Of a stretch of 64,000 nucleotides of DNA, positions 16,418 through 25,622 are shown piece by piece. Each line of letters begins with the position of its first letter. Position 1 is the stretch's first letter. Source of the stretch: Acidimicrobiales bacterium (lineage in GTDB: Bacteria > Actinomycetota > Acidimicrobiia > Acidimicrobiales > SZUA-35); the NCBI GenBank assembly GCA_965263455.1, contig CBDHHN010000001.1:355492-419491 (forward strand), written 5' to 3'. The notes beneath the pieces were generated by a model. The model saw nothing but the letters and a program-made list of their open reading frames with translations. It made no database searches and was not told the DNA's origin. The translations under genes and the position numbers were made by a program.

Positions 16418-17116
16418 ATGACCGAGCCAGCCGCCTTTCGATGGGAGCCCCAGGGGGCGATCGTCACCATCACCTTCAATCGGCCGGAGAAGCGGAACGG
16501 CCTGGACACCAGGGTCATGCGGGAACTGGAGGAACTCGTCCACCGGGCCCGCGACGACGAGTCGATCAAGGTGGTGATCCTGACCGGGGCCGGGCCCGCC
16601 TTCTGCGCCGGGGCCGATCTGACCCTGACCCGTGACGCCACCACGGACGAGGAGCGGGCCCGGGCCCGGGCCGACCTCGACCGCGTGCCCCGCCTGATCG
16701 GACGGATCTTCGACACCCTGGTGCATGCCGAACTCATCACCATCGCCGCCGTCAACGGTCCGGCCGTCGGCGGCGGATGGTCGCTCATCGCCGGGTTCGA
16801 TCACATCGTGGCCGCCGAGGGGGCCGAGTTCTGGCTACCCGAGGTCGAGATCGGCATGCCGTTCCGGGGCCTGGCCAACATCGGGCTGACCCAACGCCTG
16901 GGTCCGGGCCTGGCCAAGGAGGCCATGCTGCTCGGACGCAGGTTCGGCGCCCGGGAACTGGCGACACTCCGAGCCGTCAACCAGGTGTGCGATCCCGAGG
17001 ACCTTGCGGCCGAGGCCCGGGCGGCGGCCGAACGCTACCTGGCCCTGCCCTGGCGGGCCGCCATGGCGACTCGCCGGGAGATCAACGGCACCGTCTACGG
17101 ACCCCAGTACTACTGA
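16418..17116 (+). CDS. Enoyl-CoA hydratase/isomerase (crotonase) family protein
   Basis: ATG 16418. ITFNRPEKRNGL, VVILTGAGPAFCAGADL, AAVNGPAVGGG. Confidence 0.85.
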   Translation: MTEPAAFRWEPQGAIVTITFNRPEKRNGLDTRVMRELEELVHRARDDESIKVVILTGAGPAFCAGADLTLTRDATTDEERARARADLDRVPRLIGRIFDTLVHAELITIAAVNGPAVGGGWSLIAGFDHIVAAEGAEFWLPEVEIGMPFRGLANIGLTQRLGPGLAKEAMLLGRRFGARELATLRAVNQVCDPEDLAAEARAAAERYLALPWRAAMATRREINGTVYGPQYY

Positions 17117-17147
17117 GCCCAGGACCGGGAGGCTCAGCGGCAGGCTC

Positions 17148-18482
17148 TCAGCGCACGGCGACGATGCGGTGGAGCCCACCGTCCCAATCGACGGCGTACA
17201 GCTCGCCGTCGTTGTCGGTGCCGAAGCTCGTGACCTGGCCCAGCCCGAAGTCGTCGGTCCATTCGAACTGGTCGAAGACCCGGTCGCCGTCGTAGCGCAG
17301 GCTCCGGACCCACCCCTTGCACCAATCGGCGTAGAAGTAGTGCCCGTCGAATTCGGGGATGGCCGCCCCCCGGTAGACGTGGCCACCCGTGATCGAGCAG
17401 CCCTCCTGGTGCGAGTACTGGAACACGGGATCGGTGAACCCCTCGTCGGTGCAGCCACCCCGGAAGCACTCGGTCCCCTCCTTCACGAACCAGCCGAAGT
17501 TGGCCCCGGCCTGGTCGAGGGGCACCACGTTCAGTTCCTCGACCGCCTCCTGGCCGACATCGCCGATGTAGACCAGGCCCGATGGGGCGTCGATGGAGAA
17601 CCGCCACGGATTGCGGAGGCCGAAGGCCCAGATCTCGTCCCCGAAGGGATTGTCGGCGGGCACGGCGTAGGGTTCGCCTCCGTCCACGTCGAGGCGGAGG
17701 ATGGCGCCGAGCAGGTTCGACGTGTCCTGGGCCGTCGCTCCCCCGCTGCCACCGTCGCCGACCGCGACGTACAGCAGTCCATCCGGTCCGAAGGCCAGCA
17801 TCCCGGCGTTGTGGCGCTCGGCCGGCTGGTCGATGGTCAGCAACGTGACCTGGCTCTCCCGGTCTACGGTCGGGGGCGTCGCCGCCGGGTCGTCCACCGT
17901 GAACCGGGCCAGCACGCTGTCGCCCTCGGGGTCGGTCCAGTAGGCATAGAACCACCCGTTGTCGACATGGTCGGGGTGGAAGGCGAGACCGAGCAGGCCC
18001 TGCTCGATGCTCGACGACAGCAACCGGTCGGTGAGGTCGAGGAAGGGTTCGGGATCGACCCCGGCGGGTCCGACGGTCCGGATCACGCCCTCGCGCTCGA
18101 CCACGAACAGCCGGTCCGACCCCGGGGCCGACGTGACCAGGATCGGCTGGTCGAACCCGTCGGCCACCGCCTCGACGGCCAGGCCCTGGAGAGGTTCGAG
18201 CGGTGCGGTCGTCGCCGTGGCCCGATCACCTGCGGGATCGTCGCCGCCCTCGGCCCCGCCGGATGGCGAGGCGTCGGCGTCGATGTCGGCGTCGATGTCC
18301 CCGTCGATGTCGCCGTCATCGGAGGGGGCCGTGGTCGTCGGCAGCGGCGGCTCGGTGGTGGAGCCCCGACCGAACGAGGCCGGCTCGACGTCGTCGGCCA
18401 CGCAGGCGGTGGCCAGCAGCGCGGTCAGGCCGAGGGCAGCCAGTCGCGCCGGTAGTTGCCCAAGAAGTTCCAGATGATCCAT
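17148..18482 (-). CDS. Lipoprotein, PQQ-dependent soluble sugar (glucose/sorbosone) dehydrogenase beta-propeller family
   Basis: ATG 18482. Lipobox LLATAC. GLLGLAFHPD, HNAGMLAFGPDGLLYVAVGDGG, RNPWRFSID, GDVGQ. Its start lies 58 nt inside the upstream gene. Confidence 0.8.
   Translation of the reverse strand: MDHLELLGQLPARLAALGLTALLATACVADDVEPASFGRGSTTEPPLPTTTAPSDDGDIDGDIDADIDADASPSGGAEGGDDPAGDRATATTAPLEPLQGLAVEAVADGFDQPILVTSAPGSDRLFVVEREGVIRTVGPAGVDPEPFLDLTDRLLSSSIEQGLLGLAFHPDHVDNGWFYAYWTDPEGDSVLARFTVDDPAATPPTVDRESQVTLLTIDQPAERHNAGMLAFGPDGLLYVAVGDGGSGGATAQDTSNLLGAILRLDVDGGEPYAVPADNPFGDEIWAFGLRNPWRFSIDAPSGLVYIGDVGQEAVEELNVVPLDQAGANFGWFVKEGTECFRGGCTDEGFTDPVFQYSHQEGCSITGGHVYRGAAIPEFDGHYFYADWCKGWVRSLRYDGDRVFDQFEWTDDFGLGQVTSFGTDNDGELYAVDWDGGLHRIVAVR
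18277..18312. repeat. 12-nt tandem repeat x3 in the acidic linker of the dehydrogenase lipoprotein
   Basis: gcgtcgatgtcg / gcgtcgatgtcc / ccgtcgatgtcg. Encodes GDIDGDIDADIDAD on the minus strand. Confidence 0.6.
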
Positions 18483-19807
18483 CCCGCTCCCCTGGCCTCG
18501 CTCTCGTCGATCTGGGCCCTGACCTGGGCCCCGTCGTAGTAGAAGCCCTGGATCCACGGCCGCATCAGGGCATGGGGTGCCATCCGAGGGCCGCCGGTGT
18601 CCAGGGCGTGGGCGATCACCGGTCCGGGGTGGTCGTTGGGGTCGTCGAACCCGAGCCAGCCGGGGCCGTAGTGGCTCGGGTAGAGCATGGGGCTGACAGC
18701 GTCGACCACGCCGGACACGGTCTCTGGGGTCTGGCCGATCCCCTCGTCGGTCTCACTCGACATGACGATGCCGAAGATGGCGGCCGACACCCCGCAGCCG
18801 CGGGGATGGAGGAGATCCCGGGCCCGACCCAGGAAGGTCTCGATCACGGCCGCCCGTTCGGCGCTGGTGGCCGGGATCTGTGACGCCGCTGCTTCGGCCG
18901 TGCGTCCGGCCGGGAAGCGGACGTAGTCGAACTGGATCTCGTCGAAGCCGAGGGAGCAGGCCTCCTCGGCCAGCGCCAGGGGATAGGCCCAGTTGGCCTC
19001 GTCGGCGGCGTCGACCCAGGAGCCGGCCAGCTTCGCCTCGGAGTCGCCGCCGGCCCAGGTGCCGTCCTCGAACGTCACGATCCGGGTCACGGCGTACAGA
19101 TCCCGCTCCCGGGCCAGGGCCAGCAGCTCGACCGGATCGTAGACGGCGTCGACGGCTCCGATGCGGTGGGCGTACTCCACCTCGGTGGCATACAGGACCT
19201 TGGTCGACTCGTCCTTGGTGTCGAAGACGAGCGTGTTGACCGTGGTCTCCTCGGCCAGGGCCAGGAGCTCGGCGAACCGGTCGGCGTCGGCGGCCACGTC
19301 GCGTGCCACCCGCAACCCTCGGACGACCACCGGTTCGAGTTCGATGGCGACCTCGGGCCCGCCGGCCCCGTCCGTCTCCGCCCCGAGATCGACCGTGGTC
19401 GATCGCCAGACCGGCCGCTCCACCGTCAGGCGACCGCTGTGGACGGGCAGCGTGAACCGACCGTCGGGGCCGGTGACCATGACCGCATCCTCGGTCGAGA
19501 CGGTGGCCCCACCCAGCGGGGCACCGTCGACGGCCGAACGCACCACCCCGGCGACGGTCACCGGCTCGGGATCGGGCTCGGGATCGGTCGTCACCTCCGG
19601 ACCGGCGTCCTCCTCGGTCCTCGGCCCCACCGGCCCTCCACCGTCGGACGTGCCCTCGCCGCCGTGGCCGTCATCGGCGGTGGCGACGGCCTCGTCCGCC
19701 CGGTCTTCGTCGGCCGCCACGGACTCGGCCGACGGGTCGGAGCAGGCGGCACCCACGACGACGAGGATCGTCGTCGCCACCGCGACCAGACGCCGGAACT
19801 CGAGCAC
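18425..19807 (-). CDS. Lipoprotein with putative TIM-barrel glycoside-hydrolase-like domain (DUF4015/GHL-type) preceded by an Ig/CarboxypepD_reg-like module
   Basis: GTG 19807. Lipobox VVGAAC. GVVRSAVDGAPLGGATV...GRFTL module. Then NTLVFDTKDE, FDEIQFDYVRFP, SPMLYPSHY, GWIIWNFLGNY. Confidence 0.65.
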   Translation of the reverse strand: MLEFRRLVAVATTILVVVGAACSDPSAESVAADEDRADEAVATADDGHGGEGTSDGGGPVGPRTEEDAGPEVTTDPEPDPEPVTVAGVVRSAVDGAPLGGATVSTEDAVMVTGPDGRFTLPVHSGRLTVERPVWRSTTVDLGAETDGAGGPEVAIELEPVVVRGLRVARDVAADADRFAELLALAEETTVNTLVFDTKDESTKVLYATEVEYAHRIGAVDAVYDPVELLALARERDLYAVTRIVTFEDGTWAGGDSEAKLAGSWVDAADEANWAYPLALAEEACSLGFDEIQFDYVRFPAGRTAEAAASQIPATSAERAAVIETFLGRARDLLHPRGCGVSAAIFGIVMSSETDEGIGQTPETVSGVVDAVSPMLYPSHYGPGWLGFDDPNDHPGPVIAHALDTGGPRMAPHALMRPWIQGFYYDGAQVRAQIDESEARGAGWIIWNFLGNYRRDWLPSA

Positions 19808-19882
19808 CTCCCGAGCATAGGGACGGCCGCGGGGACCCGGACCGCACCCCCAGGCCCGACCCGGGCCCGGGGGTGGACCGGA

Positions 19883-20938
19883 TCAGGCCTCCTCGACCAA
19901 CTCCCGGAGCTTGCCCAGCGTGGCCACCTGGTCCTCCGACGGGGGTACGTTGACGTTGAGCACCGTGACCCCCGCCTCCTTCCAGGCCCCCAGACGCTCC
20001 TTCACGTACGACTCCGGGCCGACCAGGCTGGAGCGCTCCAGGAAGTCCCGGGGCACGGCGGCGGCGGCTTCGGCCTTCTTGCCGTCCAGGTAGAGGTCCT
20101 GGATCTCGACGGCCTCGGCCTCATAGCCGTACTTCTTGGCGATGGTGTTGTAGAAGTTCTTGTCCCGGGCCCCCATCCCGCCCCAGTACAGGGCGGTGTT
20201 GGGCCGTCCCAGATCGAGGATCGGATCGGCGCCCTCGCCCGCGAACTGGTCGCCGATGGCCACGGTCGACCCGGCCCCGATCTCCAGGCGCCCCAGTTCG
20301 GGGTCGCGCTGAGCCTGCCCGGCCTTCAGGTCGTCGCCCCACACCCGCTGGAACTCGTCGGGCACGAAGAACACGGGCAGCCAGCCATCGGCCGAGCGGG
20401 CCGTGGCCTTCACCGACAGAGGCATGAGCGAGGCCCACCAGATGGGGATCTCGCTCCGGACCGGGTGGTTGATCAGCTTGAGCGGCTTGCCCAGGCCGGT
20501 GCCCCGGCCCTCGGGCAGGGGCACGGTCACGGCCTTCCCGTCGTAGACCACCTTCTCGCGCCGCAGCGTCATGCGCACGATGTCGATGTACTCCTGGATC
20601 CGGGCCATCGGCTTCTCGTAGGGCACGCCGTGGAAGCCCTCGATGACCTGAGGTCCGCTGGCCCCGAGGCCGAGGATGAAGCGCCCGTTGGACACCATGT
20701 CGAGCCCGGCGGCGGTCTGGGCCATGGCCGAGGCCGTTCGGGAGTAGACGTTCAGGATTCCCGAGCCCAGCTCGATCCGGCTGGTACGGGCGGCCAGGTA
20801 CCCCAGCTGGCTGACGGCGTCGACGCTGTAGGCCTCGGCCACCCAGGCCACGTCGAGACCGGCGGCCTCCAGCTCGACCACCCGGTCCACGGCCTTGGCG
20901 AAATCACCGGCGTAGTTGATGCTCATCCCCAGTTTCAT
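19883..20938 (-). CDS. LLM-class (luciferase-like) F420-dependent oxidoreductase
   Basis: ATG 20938 (MKLGMSINY). AWVAEAYSVDA, RFILGLGASGPQVIEGFHG, TIM-barrel LLM pattern. The upstream 17 codons of the track ORF are not needed. Confidence 0.85.
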   Translation of the reverse strand: MKLGMSINYAGDFAKAVDRVVELEAAGLDVAWVAEAYSVDAVSQLGYLAARTSRIELGSGILNVYSRTASAMAQTAAGLDMVSNGRFILGLGASGPQVIEGFHGVPYEKPMARIQEYIDIVRMTLRREKVVYDGKAVTVPLPEGRGTGLGKPLKLINHPVRSEIPIWWASLMPLSVKATARSADGWLPVFFVPDEFQRVWGDDLKAGQAQRDPELGRLEIGAGSTVAIGDQFAGEGADPILDLGRPNTALYWGGMGARDKNFYNTIAKKYGYEAEAVEIQDLYLDGKKAEAAAAVPRDFLERSSLVGPESYVKERLGAWKEAGVTVLNVNVPPSEDQVATLGKLRELVEEA

Positions 20939-21081
20939 GGTCGGCGATCCTAGTGGCGCGGCCGGCCCTGCACGGAATCTCCGCCCCACCGGCCCACCTG
21001 TCCAGATCGGCGCGCTCCGGACGTCGACGGGGCAACCGGCCCGCGACCACGGCGAGGGCCAGCATCGAGAAGGAGACGGCC

Positions 21082-21771
21082 ATGGCCGCCAGCACCACCC
21101 CCAACGAGTTCAGCGGCTTCTCGCCGGAGGCGATCGACCTGCTGCGCCGCATGGGCACGGCCGACAAGGCCTGGTTCGACGCCAACCGCGCCGCCTACGA
21201 CGAGCTGGTGGTGGCCCCGACCAGAGCGTTCGTCACCGCGCTCGGCGACGTCCTCGCCTCGACCTTCGCCCCCGCCGTGGCCGCCGTCCCCAAGGCGAAC
21301 GGCTCCATCGCCCCGATCAACAACGACCGTCGATTCGCCCCCGACAAGAGCCCCTACAAGGACCACCTGCTGCTGCGGTTCTGGGAGGGCCCGGACAAGA
21401 AGACGGCCCCCACCCTGTTCGTGCGCCTGGCCCCGGACGGTGTCGGGTTTGCAACCGGCGCCGCGCTGGGTGATCTGGACCGCTGGCGGCGCCTCATCGA
21501 CGACGACACGACCGGGCGGGCGCTGGCCGATGCGCTGGCCGACCTGGCGCCCGACCGTGACCTCGACGTCGACGGCCAGGGCTACAAGCGGGTGCCGTCG
21601 CCCTACCCCGCCGACCACCCCCGGGCCGACCTCCTCCGCCACAAGAGCCTTCAGGCCCGCTGGATCCGACCGCTCCCCGCCTCGTTGCATTCGGCCGACT
21701 TCGTGCCGTACTGCGGTGACGAGCTGGCGGCCGCGGCCGACGTCCACCGGTGGCTCGTCGCCAACCTGTGA
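21082..21771 (+). CDS. DUF2461 (TIGR02453-like) family protein
   Basis: ATG 21082 preceded by AGGAG. FSGFSPEAIDLLRRM...NRAAYDELV...PINNDRRFAPDKSPYKDHL, characteristic of this conserved hypothetical family. Confidence 0.65.
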   Translation: MAASTTPNEFSGFSPEAIDLLRRMGTADKAWFDANRAAYDELVVAPTRAFVTALGDVLASTFAPAVAAVPKANGSIAPINNDRRFAPDKSPYKDHLLLRFWEGPDKKTAPTLFVRLAPDGVGFATGAALGDLDRWRRLIDDDTTGRALADALADLAPDRDLDVDGQGYKRVPSPYPADHPRADLLRHKSLQARWIRPLPASLHSADFVPYCGDELAAAADVHRWLVANL

Positions 21772-21901
21772 TCGACCGCACCACCGACGGCACACGGCCC
21801 CACGGCCTCGCCCGGCGTGGCCTGGGCCGGGTCCCGCCGGGCGGTTGGCGACGCCGGGCTAGCCTTGCCAACGACGACGGTCGAGCCCCGGGGGACGGAC
21901 G

Positions 21902-22756
21902 ATGGATGCACTGGTGTCGAGCGAGTGGCTGGCGGGCGAACTGGGGGCGCCGGATCTGAGGATCCTGGAGTGCACGGTCGACCTCAAGCCCGGGGGGCCC
22001 GGCGGGTTCACCGCGGTGCCCATGACCGACCGGTGGGCCGAGGGCCACATCCCCGGCTCCGGCTACGCCGACCTGGCCGACGCCCTCAGCGACCCCGACA
22101 GCGACCTGCGCTTCATGGTCCCGGCGGCCGAACGTTTCGCCGCCGCCATGGAGGCCCTCGGAGTCGGCGACGGGACCCGCGTCGTGCTCTACGACCGGCG
22201 CTTCACCATGTGGGCCACCCGCGTGTTCTGGATGCTGCGGGCCTTCGGCTTCGACGAGTGCGCCGTACTCGACGGCGGATGGCGAACCTGGACGGCCGAG
22301 GATCGGCCGGTGTCGACCGAGCCCGCGCCCACCCATCCTCCGGTCACCTTCACCCCTCGACCACGACCCGAGCTGTTCGCCGACCTGGCCCGCATGGAGG
22401 CAGTCGTGGGCGACGACCGGACCTGCATCGTCAACGCGCTGTCGCCTGAGAACCACTCGGGCGAGGACGACAGCTACGGCCGCCCCGGACATCTGCCGGG
22501 CGCCAGCAACGTGTTCGCCGTGTCCCTGGTCGACGCCGACAACCACCGTTTCCTCCCCGTGGACGAGCTGCGGACCCGCTTCGACCACCTCCCGGCCGAC
22601 GGCCCGGTCGTGACCTACTGCGGAGGCGGGATCGCCGCCACCGCCAACGCCTTCGTCCTCCGCCACCTCCTGGGCCGGGACGACGTCGCCGTGTACGACG
22701 GCTCGCTCAGCGAGTGGGTGCGCGACCCGGCCCGGCCGCTCGAAACCGGCGCGTGA
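21902..22756 (+). CDS. Tandem-rhodanese sulfurtransferase (thiosulfate/3-mercaptopyruvate sulfurtransferase, SseA-like)
   Basis: LVSSEWL, EGHIPGS, two rhodanese halves, active-site loop YCGGGIAAT. Confidence 0.85.
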   Translation: MDALVSSEWLAGELGAPDLRILECTVDLKPGGPGGFTAVPMTDRWAEGHIPGSGYADLADALSDPDSDLRFMVPAAERFAAAMEALGVGDGTRVVLYDRRFTMWATRVFWMLRAFGFDECAVLDGGWRTWTAEDRPVSTEPAPTHPPVTFTPRPRPELFADLARMEAVVGDDRTCIVNALSPENHSGEDDSYGRPGHLPGASNVFAVSLVDADNHRFLPVDELRTRFDHLPADGPVVTYCGGGIAATANAFVLRHLLGRDDVAVYDGSLSEWVRDPARPLETGA

Positions 22757-24792
22757 TCGTCAAGGGATCGTGTCACCACGACTGCCCCGACACCTGCCAA
22801 TGGGAGGTCACGGTCACCGACGGTCGGGCGGTGAAGCTGCGGGGGGCCGCTGACCACCCGACCACGGCGGGCCAACTGTGCCCGAAGGTCAACAAGTTCC
22901 TCGACCGGGTCCATCATCGCGACCGGATCCTGGAGCCCCAACGCCGGATGGGGCCCAAGGGCTCGGGTCGTTTCGAACCCGTGTCCTGGGACGAGGCCGT
23001 GGCCGAGATCGCCGACCGATGGTCGACCGTCATCGACCGCCACGGCCCGGCCGCCATCCTCCCCTTCTCCTTCGACGGCACCCAGGGCGTCATCCAGAAG
23101 GGCATCCTGGCCCAGCGCTTCTTCGCCGCCCTCGGCACCAGCGACATCGACCGTCACCTGTGCGGGGTCACGGCCTGGCTGGGCGCGGCCGACGTCACCG
23201 GGCTGCCCCTCGGCATCGACCCGGAGGATCTGCGCCACAGCCGGACCATCGTGCTGTGGGGCACCGACACCTACCTGACCAACCGCCATCTGTGGCCCAC
23301 CATCGAGGCGGCCCGGGCCGCAGGGGCCACGGTGTGGGTCGTCGACCCGGTCCGCAGCGCAACCGCGGCCCGGGCCGACGTGCACCTGGCCCCCCGACCC
23401 GGGACCGACGTGGCCCTGGTGCTGGGCCTGCTCCACGTCCTGGAGGCCGAGGGCCGCCTCGACCAGGGATGGCTCGACGGTCACACCAGCGGCTGGCCCG
23501 AGCTGCGGGAGTCGATCCGGCCCTGGACCCCGGACGCCGCGGCCGCAACAACCGGCGTGGCGGCGGACGACATCCGCCGTCTGGCCCGGGCCTGGGTCGA
23601 CGATCAACCGTCGGCCGTGCGGTCCCTGGTCGGCCCCGAACACCGCCAGCGGGGGCGCGACATCATGCGAGCCCTGGCCCTGCTACCGGCCGCCACCGGG
23701 GCCTGGCGTCGGCGGGGCGGAGGGCTGGCCCGGTCGACCCAGGTGTACTTCGAGCAGGCCCTGGCCTACCCCGAGCCGCCCGACCCGGCCACCGACGGCC
23801 GCCGCCGGTTCAACATGGCCGAGCTGGGCCGCGTCCTCACCGACCCCGCACTCGACCCGCCGATCGAGGCCCTGATCGTCCACAACTCCAACCCGGCCGT
23901 GATCTGCCCCGACCAGGAACGGGTGTTGGCCGGGCTGGCCCGTCCCGACCTGTTCACCGTGGTCGTCGAGCAGTTCCCGACCGATACCGCCCGCCACGCC
24001 GACCTCGTCCTCCCGGCCACCACCCAGATCGAGCACCTCGACCTCGGCATCGCCTGGGGTCACCTCTACCTGTCGCTCAACCAACCCGCCATCGCCCCGC
24101 TCGGATCGGCCCGCTCCAACACCGAGATCTTCCGCCACCTGGCCCGGGCCCTCGACCTCGACCGGGACCACCCCGACCTGGTCGACGACGACGAGACCCT
24201 GATCCGGGATCTGCTCGACAGCCACCACCCGTGGCTCGACGGGATCAGCTACGAACGACTGGCCGCCGAAGGCTGGGCCCGCCTCGCCGTGCCCGACGGT
24301 TACCGACCCGGCGTCGACCAGACCCCGGCCACCGACGACGGCCGGTTCCGGCTCGGCACCCTCGTCCACGAATCGGCGGCCGAGGCCCCGGGTGGCACCG
24401 ACGACGACGGTCGCCACCCGTTGATCCTCCTCAGCCGCAAGCGGCACCTCCGATTTCTCAACGCCAACTACGGCGGCTTCGCCGATCACCTGCCCGGCGA
24501 CGGTCGGCCCACGGTCCAGCTCCACCCGATCGATGCCGAGGCCCGAGGCATCGCCGCCGGCGATCGGGTCGTGGTCCACAACGACCGGGGCCGACTGACG
24601 CTCGGGGCCGAGCTCAGCACCGACACCGCACCGGGGGTGGTGGTGATCGGGTTCGGCTGGTGGACGGACCACACGCCCGAGGGTCGAAGCGTCAACGTCC
24701 TGACCAACCCGGCCCTCCCGGCCGACGGCCAGGGATCGGCCGCCTTCCACGACACCCTCGTCCAGGTGTCGCCCGTCCCGCCCGCCAACTAG
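22753..24792 (+). CDS. Cytoplasmic molybdopterin (bis-MGD) oxidoreductase family protein with N-terminal 4Fe-4S motif
   Basis: GTG 22753 overlaps the rhodanese stop (GTGA). CHHDCPDTC...C cluster motif at the extreme N-terminus, with no Tat signal. About 679 aa with a C-terminal molybdopterin dinucleotide-binding-like region (VVVHNDRGRL). Confidence 0.8.
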   Translation: MIVKGSCHHDCPDTCQWEVTVTDGRAVKLRGAADHPTTAGQLCPKVNKFLDRVHHRDRILEPQRRMGPKGSGRFEPVSWDEAVAEIADRWSTVIDRHGPAAILPFSFDGTQGVIQKGILAQRFFAALGTSDIDRHLCGVTAWLGAADVTGLPLGIDPEDLRHSRTIVLWGTDTYLTNRHLWPTIEAARAAGATVWVVDPVRSATAARADVHLAPRPGTDVALVLGLLHVLEAEGRLDQGWLDGHTSGWPELRESIRPWTPDAAAATTGVAADDIRRLARAWVDDQPSAVRSLVGPEHRQRGRDIMRALALLPAATGAWRRRGGGLARSTQVYFEQALAYPEPPDPATDGRRRFNMAELGRVLTDPALDPPIEALIVHNSNPAVICPDQERVLAGLARPDLFTVVVEQFPTDTARHADLVLPATTQIEHLDLGIAWGHLYLSLNQPAIAPLGSARSNTEIFRHLARALDLDRDHPDLVDDDETLIRDLLDSHHPWLDGISYERLAAEGWARLAVPDGYRPGVDQTPATDDGRFRLGTLVHESAAEAPGGTDDDGRHPLILLSRKRHLRFLNANYGGFADHLPGDGRPTVQLHPIDAEARGIAAGDRVVVHNDRGRLTLGAELSTDTAPGVVVIGFGWWTDHTPEGRSVNVLTNPALPADGQGSAAFHDTLVQVSPVPPAN

Positions 24793-24803
24793 CGTCGGGG
24801 CCC

Positions 24804-25565
24804 ATGAGCGAACCGGCCGTGACCACCACCGTCGGCGACGACCACGTCGCCACCATCGAGTTGTGTCGGCCACCCAACAACTTCTTCTCCATCGAGCTCA
24901 TCGAGGGCGTGGCTGAGGCGCTGGAGACCCTGGACGAGGACCCCCGCTGCCGGGCGGCCGTGCTGTGCGCCGAGGGCAAGCACTTCTCGGCCGGGGCCGA
25001 CCACTCGTCCGGGGGGCGCAACTACACCACCCAGGAGCTGTACGGCGCCGCCGTCCGCATCTTCCGAACCCAGACCCCGGTGGTGGCCGCCGTGCAGGGG
25101 GCTGCGGTCGGTGGCGGCATGGGCCTGGCGCTGTCGGCCGACTTCCGCTTCGCGGCCCCGGAGGCCCGCTTCAGCGCCAACTTCGCCCGCCTCGGGTTCC
25201 ACCAGGGCTTCGGTCTGAGCGTGACCCTCCCCCGCCTCGCCGGGGTGCAGACCGCGGCCGAACTGCTCTACACCGGGCGCCGGGTCAAGGGGGAGGAGGC
25301 CGTGGCCCTGGGCCTGGCCGACCATCTCGCCCCCCTCGACGAACTGCGGGACCGGGCCCATGAGCTGGCGGTGGAGATCGCCACGTCGGCGCCTCTGGCC
25401 GTGCGCTCCATCCGGGCCACCCTGCGGGGCGACCTGGCCGATCAGGTGGAGGCGGCCACCGCCCACGAGGGGGCCGAACAGGCCCGACTGGGCCAGACCG
25501 AGGACCACGCCGAGGGGCGGGCGGCCATGGCCGAACGGCGGACTCCGGTGTTCAAGGGCCGCTGA
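24804..25565 (+). CDS. Enoyl-CoA hydratase/isomerase family protein
   Basis: ATG 24804. IELCRPPNNFF, LCAEGKHFSAGAD, AAVQGAAVGGG. Confidence 0.85.
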   Translation: MSEPAVTTTVGDDHVATIELCRPPNNFFSIELIEGVAEALETLDEDPRCRAAVLCAEGKHFSAGADHSSGGRNYTTQELYGAAVRIFRTQTPVVAAVQGAAVGGGMGLALSADFRFAAPEARFSANFARLGFHQGFGLSVTLPRLAGVQTAAELLYTGRRVKGEEAVALGLADHLAPLDELRDRAHELAVEIATSAPLAVRSIRATLRGDLADQVEAATAHEGAEQARLGQTEDHAEGRAAMAERRTPVFKGR

Positions 25566-25622
25566 GCCCCGCACCGGGGGCGGCCTGAGGGGGGCGGCCC
25601 GGCGCCACCCCCCCCCGAGGGC

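Noticed and set aside
22878-24803. N-terminal 640 aa of the 895-aa plus-strand ORF 22878-25565
   Set aside because: It is an alternative frame of the molybdoenzyme gene and is Arg/Pro-rich. Only the part from ATG 24804 (a crotonase) is credible.
25575-25598. Duplicated GGGGGCGGCC motif between convergent genes as a terminator
   Set aside because: The two copies are direct, not inverted. Only a loose G-run/C-run pairing is possible and there is no U-tract.
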